From NCBI GenBank assembly GCA_041490745.1, contig JBGPTS010000002.1:1-53214 (forward strand): 53,214 bases of DNA, read 5' to 3'. The notes under the pieces were generated by a model. The model made no database searches, was not told where the DNA came from, and saw only the letters and a list, made by a program, of their open reading frames with translations. Positions within the stretch are counted from its first letter, which is position 1. Each line of letters opens with the position of its first letter. The translations under genes and the position numbers were made by a program. Of the stretch, positions 18,271-25,875 are shown piece after piece. This stretch comes from Candidatus Binatia bacterium. GTDB lineage: Bacteria > Desulfobacterota > Binatia > UBA9968.

Positions 18271-18557
18271 GGATGGATATCGGGCAGAAGCATCAGGCTC
18301 AGAAAAATGCAGAGGAACAACGGCGTGAGGGCGATCAACGTAAGCGTCGAACGCTCGAACTTGAGGTGCATGAAGTAGAGCGCGACCATCGCCGCCTTGG
18401 TGAAAGCCATGCCGACCAGCAGGACGACCATGATGAGCCTGGGCATATGCGCGTAGGCGACGATGACTTCCGCGATCGTCAGGCCGAGAAGCCACCAGAA
18501 AACTGCCATGTAGTTGGGTTGCGGATGCGCGTGCGTTTGCGCCTGGGCGGTTGTCAT
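18267..18557 (-). CDS. cytochrome c oxidase subunit IV (prokaryotic small subunit)
   Basis: 96 aa with 3 TM helices. The AAMVALYFMHLKFE motif is typical of the bacterial CoxIV/CyoD-like family. Located directly downstream of subunit III. Confidence 0.75.
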   Translation of the reverse strand: MTTAQAQTHAHPQPNYMAVFWWLLGLTIAEVIVAYAHMPRLIMVVLLVGMAFTKAAMVALYFMHLKFERSTLTLIALTPLFLCIFLSLMLLPDIHP

Positions 18558-18579
18558 CGTTCTTCTCCCGTCGTTTGAC

Positions 18580-19188
18580 CTATATCAGATAGACAAAAGT
18601 GAAAATCAAAATCCACACCAGATCGACAAAGTGCCAGTAAAGACCGGCGATCTCGACGTGTTTCGGGCCGTAGCGGCCGCGCAGGCACGCCGCCAAAACG
18701 CAAGAGTTGTAAATCACGCCGCCGGTCACGTGCATGCCGTGAAAACCCGTGAGCACGAAAAAAGTCGTCGCGAACAGGTGCGTGCTGAAGGACATGCCGA
18801 TTTCCGGCAACCGCTCGGTGATCAAGTGGGTCCACTCGTACGCCTGGCATCCCAGGAACAGCAGCCCGCCCAGGATCGTCAACAGGAGAAATTTTTTGAA
18901 GCTTTTCTTGTCGCCCCCTTGAATCGCAGACAGCGAAAGAACCATGGTTACGCTGCTGACGATCAGCAAGAAAGTCATGAACGCCGTGAGATTGATCCCG
19001 AGCGTCTGCGACGGCGGCGGCCAATTTGCGCTGTGGTGGCGCAAAAGGGCGTAACCGACGATCAAGGCACCGAACGACGTCGCGTCGGCGGCGAGAAAAA
19101 CCCACATGCCGAGCTTGCCCCAGCTTTCCGGAGTCAGGGGCGATTCCGCGGCTTCGGGGGCGGAACCGATTGCAGCAGCTTCGCTCAT
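18580..19188 (-). CDS. coxC: cytochrome c oxidase subunit III
   Basis: Heme-copper oxidase SU III pattern (FFVLTGFHGMHVTGGV, LYWHFVDLVWILIF). The ATG at 19188 gives an ATGA overlap with the upstream ORF's stop. An alternative start is at 19212. Confidence 0.85.
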   Translation of the reverse strand: MSEAAAIGSAPEAAESPLTPESWGKLGMWVFLAADATSFGALIVGYALLRHHSANWPPPSQTLGINLTAFMTFLLIVSSVTMVLSLSAIQGGDKKSFKKFLLLTILGGLLFLGCQAYEWTHLITERLPEIGMSFSTHLFATTFFVLTGFHGMHVTGGVIYNSCVLAACLRGRYGPKHVEIAGLYWHFVDLVWILIFTFVYLI

Positions 19189-19472
19189 CTTCCACTCTCC
19201 TTGTGAATCCAAGCCAACTCTAAAGGCGGCGCGCTCTCGGCGGCGGCACGGGCTTTTCTCGCCGCGCGCCGGTAGGAGTAAACGAAAAACCCCACGACCG
19301 AGAAAAGAATCGTATAGGGCATCGCCATGAGAAAAATCACGCTCCAGTTAAACGCGTCGGTCAACCGCGCGCCGCCGGCGCCGTTGAGGCATACCGCACA
19401 GGCGTGAGCTGCGCTTTGGGATGTGAATAACGCGACGACGATCAGCCCATGAAGCAGAATTCGTGCTTTCAT
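19185..19472 (-). CDS. small membrane protein with signal peptide and CxxC motif
   Basis: 95 aa: MKARILLHGLIVVALFTSQSAAHACAVCLNG, then one TM helix, then a basic tail. Sits between the two SU III paralogs. Confidence 0.5.
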   Translation of the reverse strand: MKARILLHGLIVVALFTSQSAAHACAVCLNGAGGARLTDAFNWSVIFLMAMPYTILFSVVGFFVYSYRRAARKARAAAESAPPLELAWIHKESGR

Positions 19473-19538
19473 AAAATCCAGTAGCCGAGAATTATCCTAT
19501 CGTTTCGCAACTGTCAACCAAACTTCGCCAAACTTCCG

Positions 19539-20180
19539 CTAGGACAGATAGACCAACCCGTAGAGCACCGGCCAGAGCGCGACGACGAACGTCCAGTACA
19601 TCGCCGAGAGCTGGACGCCGGCGTAATCACGCTCTGAAAAGCGTCCCTTCCACGCGTGCCTGAGAACCGCAAGCAGCCAGATCGCCGCGCCGGCGACGTG
19701 CGCGCCGTGACAGCCGATCAACGTGTAGAACGTCGCGCCATAGACGCCGCTCGAAAGCGTGAGGCCGTAGTGAATGAGACGAATCCATTCGTAGCCCTGA
19801 ACGGCGAGAAAAATCGTTCCCAGCGCGGCGGTCAAAACCAGCCGCTGCAACAGCGCGGCGGATTTTCCCTGGCGCGCGGCTCTTAGCGCGAGATGCATCG
19901 TGACGCCGCTAAGCAATAGAATGATGGTGTTCATCCCCGTCACGGCCACGGGGAGCCGCGGCTGAAACGGCGGCGGCCATTCGGGGCCGGCAAGGCGGAA
20001 AACGATAAACGCGCCGATCAGGCCGGCGAAGAACATCGTCTCCGCGGCGATGAACATCAAGATGGCGAGACGCGCGTTGCTGAAGATCGGCTGCGGATAA
20101 ATCGGCTCGCCGCCGCCGAAGGCGGGAACCGGATCGATCACTTTGCGTAGAATCGCTTCGCGTGCCATAAAAACAGCCAT
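19539..20180 (-). CDS. cytochrome c oxidase subunit III-like paralog
   Basis: 213 aa. FYTLIGCHGAHVAGAAIW and MYWTFVVALWPVLY are SU III family motifs. Confidence 0.8.
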   Translation of the reverse strand: MAVFMAREAILRKVIDPVPAFGGGEPIYPQPIFSNARLAILMFIAAETMFFAGLIGAFIVFRLAGPEWPPPFQPRLPVAVTGMNTIILLLSGVTMHLALRAARQGKSAALLQRLVLTAALGTIFLAVQGYEWIRLIHYGLTLSSGVYGATFYTLIGCHGAHVAGAAIWLLAVLRHAWKGRFSERDYAGVQLSAMYWTFVVALWPVLYGLVYLS

Positions 20181-20194
20181 CAGGCATCAGGATA

Positions 20195-20222
20195 GTAGGG
20201 GCACGGCATGCCGTGCCCCTAC
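20195..20222. repeat. perfect 28-nt GC-rich palindrome (REP-like)
   Basis: gtaggggcacggca|tgccgtgcccctac. The two halves are exact reverse complements. Confidence 0.9.
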
Positions 20223-20241
20223 GCGAGCCGACGCCATCCGC

Positions 20242-20349
20242 CTATCTAACTACCATGTACGCTACCAACGCGCCGATGTAGAGCAAGACGATCGCCGCCA
20301 GGATAAGACCGACGCGGAAATTCTTCGCTTTGACATTTGCCCGCTCCAT
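20242..20349 (-). CDS. candidate 35-aa single-TM mini-protein (below ORF-track cutoff)
   Basis: Hand translation gives MERANVKAKNFRVGLILAAIVLLYIGALVAYMVVR*. Basic N-terminus followed by one hydrophobic helix. Lies between ctaB and the SU III paralog. Confidence 0.3.
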   Translation of the reverse strand: MERANVKAKNFRVGLILAAIVLLYIGALVAYMVVR

Positions 20350-20353
20350 CGTC

Positions 20354-20388
20354 GCTACCCAAGAAGCTACCCAGAAGCTACCCAAGAA
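20354..20388. repeat. three tandem 12/11/12-nt units spanning the ctaB stop codon
   Basis: gctacccaagaa gctacccagaa gctacccaagaa. On the minus strand each unit carries a TAG. Confidence 0.7.
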
Positions 20389-21292
20389 CCGGCGGGATGC
20401 GATCGAACGCCATGGCGACGAGCAGCGCCGGCAGGTAAATCAACGACGCGAACAGCAGCCGACGCGCTCCGGCAGCGCTATAGTTCATCGCCAGACGCAC
20501 GCCGCAGGCGAGAAAGCCCGCGCCGAGTACCAGCGCGGCGACGAAGTAGATTGCGCCGGCCATGCCGACAAGCGTGGGCAGCAAGCTCACCGCGAGCAGC
20601 GCGAAGCAATGCTCGATAATCTGCCGTCCGGTGCTGCGCCCGTCGGGCTCGACGATCGGCAAAAAGCGGATGCCCGCGCGGCGGAAATCTTCTCGATAGA
20701 TGTAGGCGATCGCGAGCGTATGCGGAATCTGCCAGAGAAAAAGAATGGCGAATAAGATCCACGCCGCGATGTCGAGCTCGCCGCGCGCCGCAGTCCAGCC
20801 GATCACCGGCGGCAGCGCGCCGGGCACCGCGCCGACGACGCCGCAGAGCGAGCTTCGTTGCTTGAGCGGCGTGTAGGCGAAAAGATAACACGCGACGATC
20901 GCCCCGGTGACGAGCGCGCTCAGAAGATTCACCGCCAGCGCAAGCACCGCCAGGCCCGCAACGGCGAGCGCGACGCCGAAGAACAGCGCTTCGGGCGGCA
21001 GAATCCGGCCGTCGGGCAGCGGCCGACGCCGCGTGCGCTCCATCAGCGCGTCGGCGCTGCGTTCCAAATATTGATTCAGCGCCAGCGTGCCGCCGGAGGC
21101 GAGCGCCGTGCCGACGAGCGTGGCGACGAGACGCGAATAACCGGGAGAGGAGTCGGCGCCGAGATAATAGCCGACGAAGGTGGTGACCAGGACCATCAAC
21201 GAGATGCGCGGTTTGGTCAGCTCGAAAAAGTCCGCGCACCTGCGATAGCCGCTGCCGACCGCGACCTCTGCCGTGGCTCCGCCGAAACTCAT
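20378..21292 (-). CDS. ctaB: protoheme IX farnesyltransferase (heme O synthase)
   Basis: 304 aa, UbiA-family polytopic protein (LALNQYLERSADALMERTRRRPLP). Adjacent to ctaA and the cox genes. Confidence 0.9.
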   Translation of the reverse strand: MSFGGATAEVAVGSGYRRCADFFELTKPRISLMVLVTTFVGYYLGADSSPGYSRLVATLVGTALASGGTLALNQYLERSADALMERTRRRPLPDGRILPPEALFFGVALAVAGLAVLALAVNLLSALVTGAIVACYLFAYTPLKQRSSLCGVVGAVPGALPPVIGWTAARGELDIAAWILFAILFLWQIPHTLAIAYIYREDFRRAGIRFLPIVEPDGRSTGRQIIEHCFALLAVSLLPTLVGMAGAIYFVAALVLGAGFLACGVRLAMNYSAAGARRLLFASLIYLPALLVAMAFDRIPPVLG

Positions 21293-22275
21293 GCCGAAAT
21301 CTCCTCCGAGCCGCGCGCCCGGCCGACGGCGACGAAGCCGCGTTCCTCGGTCAAGCCCCCCCGCGAAAAATGTTTAAACGATCTAAGCGTCAAGACCAGG
21401 CTCGCCGCCAGCATCAGCGCGCCGACGACGACGTGGCTGGTCCTTAGACTCACCGCGACGCCGGCCGGCAAAGTCATGACGAATTTGCCGATATAAGCGC
21501 CGAGACCGAGCGCTAACTGCGCGAAGAGCAACGCGCCGAGCCAGGCGAGAGGACCGAGGAGCGGCCGATTGCGCGACTGGAGTTTGAAGACGCGCCCGCC
21601 AAGAAGCATGACATGCAGCGCGACGAGGCCGGCGCCCAGGAGATGAAAGTCGAGCAGCTCTCCGGTGTGGCGGAGGATCGCGCCGAAAACGATCTGGCCG
21701 TAGATCAAAATCGTTGTGAGCGCCGCGAGCCGCTGAAGCCGGGCCGCGTCCGGGATTTGCGCCTTGGGCGGTTCTTTTTTCCAATCGTCGGAAGTCAACA
21801 GTGCGAGACCGACGGCGACCGCGAAAAATGCCTGCGCCAGGCAGGCGTGAATAATCGCGAGCGTCTGTTCCAGCAGCACAACGCGGAGCCCGCCGACGAC
21901 GCCTTGCGCCACGACCAGAGCGACGGCCGCGGCGCCGAGCCGGCGGAGCCGCGCTTGCGGCTCGCAGAGCCAGAGCATGACGGCGAGCGCGATCGTGCAG
22001 AGTCCCACCGCGGAGGCGACCAGCCGGTGGCTGTGCTCGTAAAAAATATTGCCGACCATCAGAGACCAGGGGTAGAGAAACGGATTGTAACCGAACGTCG
22101 TCGGCCAGTCGGGCACCGCGAGCCCCGCGCCTTTGCTGGTGACGAGACCGCCGACGAAGAGCAAGAGCAGCGTCGCCGCCGCGTTCGCGAGCGCGACACG
22201 GTGAACGGCCGGGGAAAAGGATGAAGGTTGATGACGGATGAGGGATGAATCCGAGTTTTCGCCTTCCGCCTTCAT
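21289..22275 (-). CDS. ctaA: heme A synthase (COX15/CtaA)
   Basis: GLAVPDWPTTFGYNPF...YEHSHRL...HACLAQ...HVVVGAL conserved His pattern. Start taken at ATG 22275, downstream of the coxA stop at 22290. The longer ORF to 22464 would overlap coxA. Confidence 0.8.
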   Translation of the reverse strand: MKAEGENSDSSLIRHQPSSFSPAVHRVALANAAATLLLLFVGGLVTSKGAGLAVPDWPTTFGYNPFLYPWSLMVGNIFYEHSHRLVASAVGLCTIALAVMLWLCEPQARLRRLGAAAVALVVAQGVVGGLRVVLLEQTLAIIHACLAQAFFAVAVGLALLTSDDWKKEPPKAQIPDAARLQRLAALTTILIYGQIVFGAILRHTGELLDFHLLGAGLVALHVMLLGGRVFKLQSRNRPLLGPLAWLGALLFAQLALGLGAYIGKFVMTLPAGVAVSLRTSHVVVGALMLAASLVLTLRSFKHFSRGGLTEERGFVAVGRARGSEEISA

Positions 22276-22289
22276 CCTTCCGCCCTTGT

Positions 22290-24032
22290 CTAGTGCGATC
22301 TCGCCGCGCTGCCGGCGCCCAACTGTCGGTTCTGCGGCAACCAGTCTTCCGTGACTTCCGGCGAGCTGTATTCGTACGGGCCGCGATAGACGACCGGCTG
22401 CGTCTCGTAATTTCCGTGCGGCGGCGGCGAGGCGGCGCTCCACTCGAGCGAGTTGGCGAGCCACGGATTGCGCTCGGCCTTCTTTCCGACAAAGAGGCTG
22501 GCGAAAAAATTGTAGATGAACGGAATTTGCGACAGACCCAGAAGAAAAGCGCTCACGGTAATGAAAACGTTGATGCCTTGAAGCGGCTGGAGAAATTCGT
22601 ATTGCATCGGGTTGTAGATGCGGCGCATGTGGCCGCCGACGCCGAGAATGTGCATCGGGAAAAACGCCCCGTTGAAGAAAATGTAAGTGAGAACGAAATG
22701 AATCTTTCCCAGCGGCTCGCTCATCATGCGGCCGAAAATCTTGGGAAACCAGTAATAAACCGCCGCGAACAGCGCGAAGATGATTCCCGCCACGACGTAA
22801 TGGAAGTGCGCGACGATGTAGTAGGTGTCGTGGATGAAAATATCGACCGGGGTCGCGGCCATAAAAATGCCGCTGAGTCCGCCGATGACGAAATTGGAGA
22901 CGAAGCCGAGGGCGAAGAGCATCGGCGAGCTAAACCGGATTGAGCCGCCCCAGAGCGTGCCGAGCCAGTTGAACGTCTTGATCGCCGAGGGAATCGCGAT
23001 CACCATCGTGGACATCATGAAGGCGGTGCCGAGCAGCGGGTTCATGCCGGAAACGAACATGTGATGGCCCCAGACGACCCAGGAGAGAAAGGCGATGGAG
23101 ATCATGGAGAAGGCCATCGCGTGATAGCCGAAGATGGGCTTGCGCGAAAACGTCGAGAGGATATCCGAGGTCACGCCCATCGCGGGCAGGACGAGAATGT
23201 AAACTTCCGGATGGCCGAAGAACCAGAAGAGATGCTGCCACAAAAGCGGCTCCCCTCCTCCTTGCGCGAGGAAGAAGCTCGTCCCGAACATGCGGTCGAA
23301 CAGAAGCATCGCCAGCGCGGCCGTGAGCACCGGCAGCGCGAGCAGCAAGAGGACGGCCGTGATGAAGAGCGACCAGATGGTGAGCGGCATGCGGAAGTAT
23401 GTCATGCCCGGCGCGCGCATGTTGACGATGGTCGTGATGTAGTTGATCGATCCCATCAGGGACGAGATGCCGAGGATAATGAGGCTGATGATCCAGAGGT
23501 GCTGGCCCCATTCGACGCCGGTGAACGACGCTTGCGCCGAGAGCGGCGCGTAGGAAGTCCAGCCGCCGGCCGCCGGCCCGCCGGGAACGAAAAAACTCGA
23601 CAGCATCACAATGCCGGAAACGAGGCCGACCCAGAAGGAAAGCATATTGAGCTTGGGAAACGCCATGTCGCCCGCGCCGATCATCAGCGGGATTAAAAAA
23701 TTGCCGAAGCCGCCGACCATGATCGGCATGACGACGAAGAAAATCATGATCGTCGCGTGCATGGTGAAAAACGCGTTGTAGGTCTGCGGCGGAATGATGC
23801 CGCCGTAGGCGTACGGTTCCGGAAGCCAGCCCAACCCCGGTACGGCCGTCTCCGGCCAGGCGAGCTCCCAGCGCATCGACATGGCCAGCAGACCGCCGAT
23901 GATCAGCATGAACAGGCCGAGAAAGATAAACTGCCGGCCGATCATCTTGTGATCCGTCGAAAAGACGTAGGTGCGTAAGAAGCCGAGCTCGTGATGGGCC
24001 GTCGCATGGGCTGTCGCCGTGTCACTCATCAT
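22290..24032 (-). CDS. coxA: cytochrome c oxidase subunit I
   Basis: 580 aa with WFFGHPEVYILVLP, GHHMF and HFHYV heme/CuB ligand motifs. Confidence 0.95.
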   Translation of the reverse strand: MMSDTATAHATAHHELGFLRTYVFSTDHKMIGRQFIFLGLFMLIIGGLLAMSMRWELAWPETAVPGLGWLPEPYAYGGIIPPQTYNAFFTMHATIMIFFVVMPIMVGGFGNFLIPLMIGAGDMAFPKLNMLSFWVGLVSGIVMLSSFFVPGGPAAGGWTSYAPLSAQASFTGVEWGQHLWIISLIILGISSLMGSINYITTIVNMRAPGMTYFRMPLTIWSLFITAVLLLLALPVLTAALAMLLFDRMFGTSFFLAQGGGEPLLWQHLFWFFGHPEVYILVLPAMGVTSDILSTFSRKPIFGYHAMAFSMISIAFLSWVVWGHHMFVSGMNPLLGTAFMMSTMVIAIPSAIKTFNWLGTLWGGSIRFSSPMLFALGFVSNFVIGGLSGIFMAATPVDIFIHDTYYIVAHFHYVVAGIIFALFAAVYYWFPKIFGRMMSEPLGKIHFVLTYIFFNGAFFPMHILGVGGHMRRIYNPMQYEFLQPLQGINVFITVSAFLLGLSQIPFIYNFFASLFVGKKAERNPWLANSLEWSAASPPPHGNYETQPVVYRGPYEYSSPEVTEDWLPQNRQLGAGSAARSH

Positions 24033-24035
24033 TCA

Positions 24036-24134
24036 CCTCGTGTTCGTGTTTCGTGTTCGTGCTCGTGATTGGGAATTCCGTTGCTCGCTACCAGCCCTTG
24101 CTTTACGAACACGAGCGACGATCACGAGACACGG
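24036..24134 (-). repeat. CACGA/TCGTG-rich REP/MITE-like element (long form) in the coxB-coxA spacer
   Basis: The reverse complement of 24103-24134 matches 34722-34747 at 25/26 nt. The reverse complement of 24036-24070 shares 23/23 nt with 34750-34772. This copy carries about 33 nt of extra spacer. Confidence 0.75.
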
Positions 24135-24137
24135 TAT

Positions 24138-24797
24138 TTATTTCTGAGGCCACGTCTCTTGGACCCACTTGGCGTATTCTTCCGGCCCATCCACGTAAAG
24201 CCAGCCCTTCATTCCGGAATGGCCGAAGCCGCAGAGCTCGGCGCAGGGCAGTTCGTACTTGCCGGGTTTCACCGCTTCGAACCAGACCAGAATGTCTTTT
24301 CCCGGCAGCGCGTCTTGCTTTAAGCGCAGGTTGGGCAGGAAAAAGCTGTGGATCACGTCTTTCGACTTGAGCACGACGTGGACGACTTTCTTGAGCGGAA
24401 CGTGGATGTCGTTATCGACCTGATAGTCGTCTTCGGTACCGAATTTGCCATCCGGCCCCGGATAGACAACTTCCCAGTTGAATTGCTTCGCCGTCACCTG
24501 CACCTCGACGTCGGCGGGAGGCGCGTGCGACTTGATTTTTCCCCAGGTGGAGACGCTCATGAACGACAACGTGAGAAACACGATGGCCGGAATGACCGTC
24601 CAGATAATCTCCAGCGTGGTGTTGCCGTGCGTGTAGGTGGCGCGGCGGCCCTCGCGGCGGCGGTACATGATGAGGAAAATAATCATCAACGCCGTCACGA
24701 GAATCAGCGCCGCGCCCGTGATGTAGTAGATGATGTAGAACAGGCGGTCGATCTCTCCGCCAAACGTCGAAACGTCCTCCGGCAGCCAGCTCATCAT
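24138..24797 (-). CDS. coxB: cytochrome c oxidase subunit II (CuA, no fused cytochrome c)
   Basis: Start at ATG 24797 (MMSWLPEDVSTFGGEIDRLF). CuA site HSFF...CAELCGFGHSGM. The upstream 76 codons of the listed ORF are AT-rich promoter sequence. Confidence 0.9.
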   Translation of the reverse strand: MMSWLPEDVSTFGGEIDRLFYIIYYITGAALILVTALMIIFLIMYRRREGRRATYTHGNTTLEIIWTVIPAIVFLTLSFMSVSTWGKIKSHAPPADVEVQVTAKQFNWEVVYPGPDGKFGTEDDYQVDNDIHVPLKKVVHVVLKSKDVIHSFFLPNLRLKQDALPGKDILVWFEAVKPGKYELPCAELCGFGHSGMKGWLYVDGPEEYAKWVQETWPQK

Positions 24798-25011
24798 GAG
24801 ATCAATTTTCCTTTTTTGGTTTATCCCGACCCAAAATTTTTTCGCGGCAAGGTTTTTCGATCCGTTCTTTTTCGATCGGGTTCTACTTTTTTGGTTCTTG
24901 CTAACATAGCCATGTGGCCTTTGCAAGAGGAATCGCCCGGTCCGCCGCGGCAACCGCGTAAAAACCCCGCGGCTTGAGCGGTTTTGAATATCGTGATAAT
25001 CATATATATCT

Positions 25012-25362
25012 ATGTCCGAGTCCAATTCCGGCCAGCTTCAAACCTTTAAAGCCGAATTCTTCAAGGCGCTGGCGCACCCGCTCCGCATCCGCATCCTGGA
25101 GCTCCTTCTCGAGGGCGAACAAAGCGTCCAGGAGATCCAACGCGCGCTCGGCATCGACCAGCCGGTCGTCTCGCAGCAGTTGGCGATCCTTCGCGGAAAG
25201 AACATCGTCGAGCCGCGCAAACAGGGCACGGCGGTTCGGTACGCCGTCCGCGATCGAGCCCTTGGGGAATTGCTCGGCGTCGCGCGCAAGATTTTCAACA
25301 ACCATCTTATGGGCACGCAAACCATGCTGCGCGAGCTGACGCGCGAGAGCCGAAGGCGATAA
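25012..25362 (+). CDS. ArsR/SmtB-family transcriptional regulator (cysteine-free)
   Basis: ALAHPLRIRILELLLEGEQSVQEIQRALGIDQPVVSQQLAILR winged-helix core. There is no Cys in the whole protein. No Shine-Dalgarno sequence is visible upstream. Confidence 0.85.
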   Translation: MSESNSGQLQTFKAEFFKALAHPLRIRILELLLEGEQSVQEIQRALGIDQPVVSQQLAILRGKNIVEPRKQGTAVRYAVRDRALGELLGVARKIFNNHLMGTQTMLRELTRESRRR

Positions 25363-25875
25363 GTGCGATTGTTTTCCAAAATTCTGCGCGTAGGCGTCGT
25401 CACCGAGCCCTTCGACGACGCGGGAGAAGAAGTCGAGCTCGCCAGGCAAGTGGCGGCAAAGACGCAAAAAGTCTTGGGGCGAGCCGTCGGAATCCGCCAG
25501 GTCGATGCCGGTTCGTGCAACGGGTGCGAGGTGGAGATCACCGGCTTGACGAGCCCGGTCTACGATCTGGAGCGCTTCGGCCTTCATTTCGTCGCCTCAC
25601 CGCGTCACGCTGACATGCTGCTGGTCACGGGACCGGTCACGCGGAATATGGAAGTGCCGCTGCGTAAAACGTACGAGGCCGCGCCGGACCCGAAGATCGT
25701 CGTCGCCGTCGGGGACTGCGCGAAAACGTGCGGCGTCTTTAAAGGAAGTTATGCCGTGGTAGGCGGTGTGGATACGGTCATTCCGGTCGATGTCTTCGTT
25801 CGTGGGTGCCCTCCTGAACCGGCCGACATCCTGCGCGGAATCCTGGCGGCCCTCGATCGCCTGCCGCCGAAGTGA
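25363..25875 (+). CDS. NuoB/HycG-like [4Fe-4S] small subunit of a group-4-hydrogenase-like complex
   Basis: GSCNGCEVEI...SPRHADMLLVTGPVT...GDCAKTCG...RGCPPEP. All four cluster Cys are retained. The GTG start directly follows the arsR stop. Confidence 0.85.
   Translation: MRLFSKILRVGVVTEPFDDAGEEVELARQVAAKTQKVLGRAVGIRQVDAGSCNGCEVEITGLTSPVYDLERFGLHFVASPRHADMLLVTGPVTRNMEVPLRKTYEAAPDPKIVVAVGDCAKTCGVFKGSYAVVGGVDTVIPVDVFVRGCPPEPADILRGILAALDRLPPK

Noticed and set aside
24798-25025. N-terminal 76-codon extension of coxB (MDSDIDIYDYHD...KKNGSKNL).
   Set aside because: The extension translates the AT-rich promoter region and overlaps the arsR start. The conserved CoxB sequence begins at MMSWLPEDV (ATG 24797).
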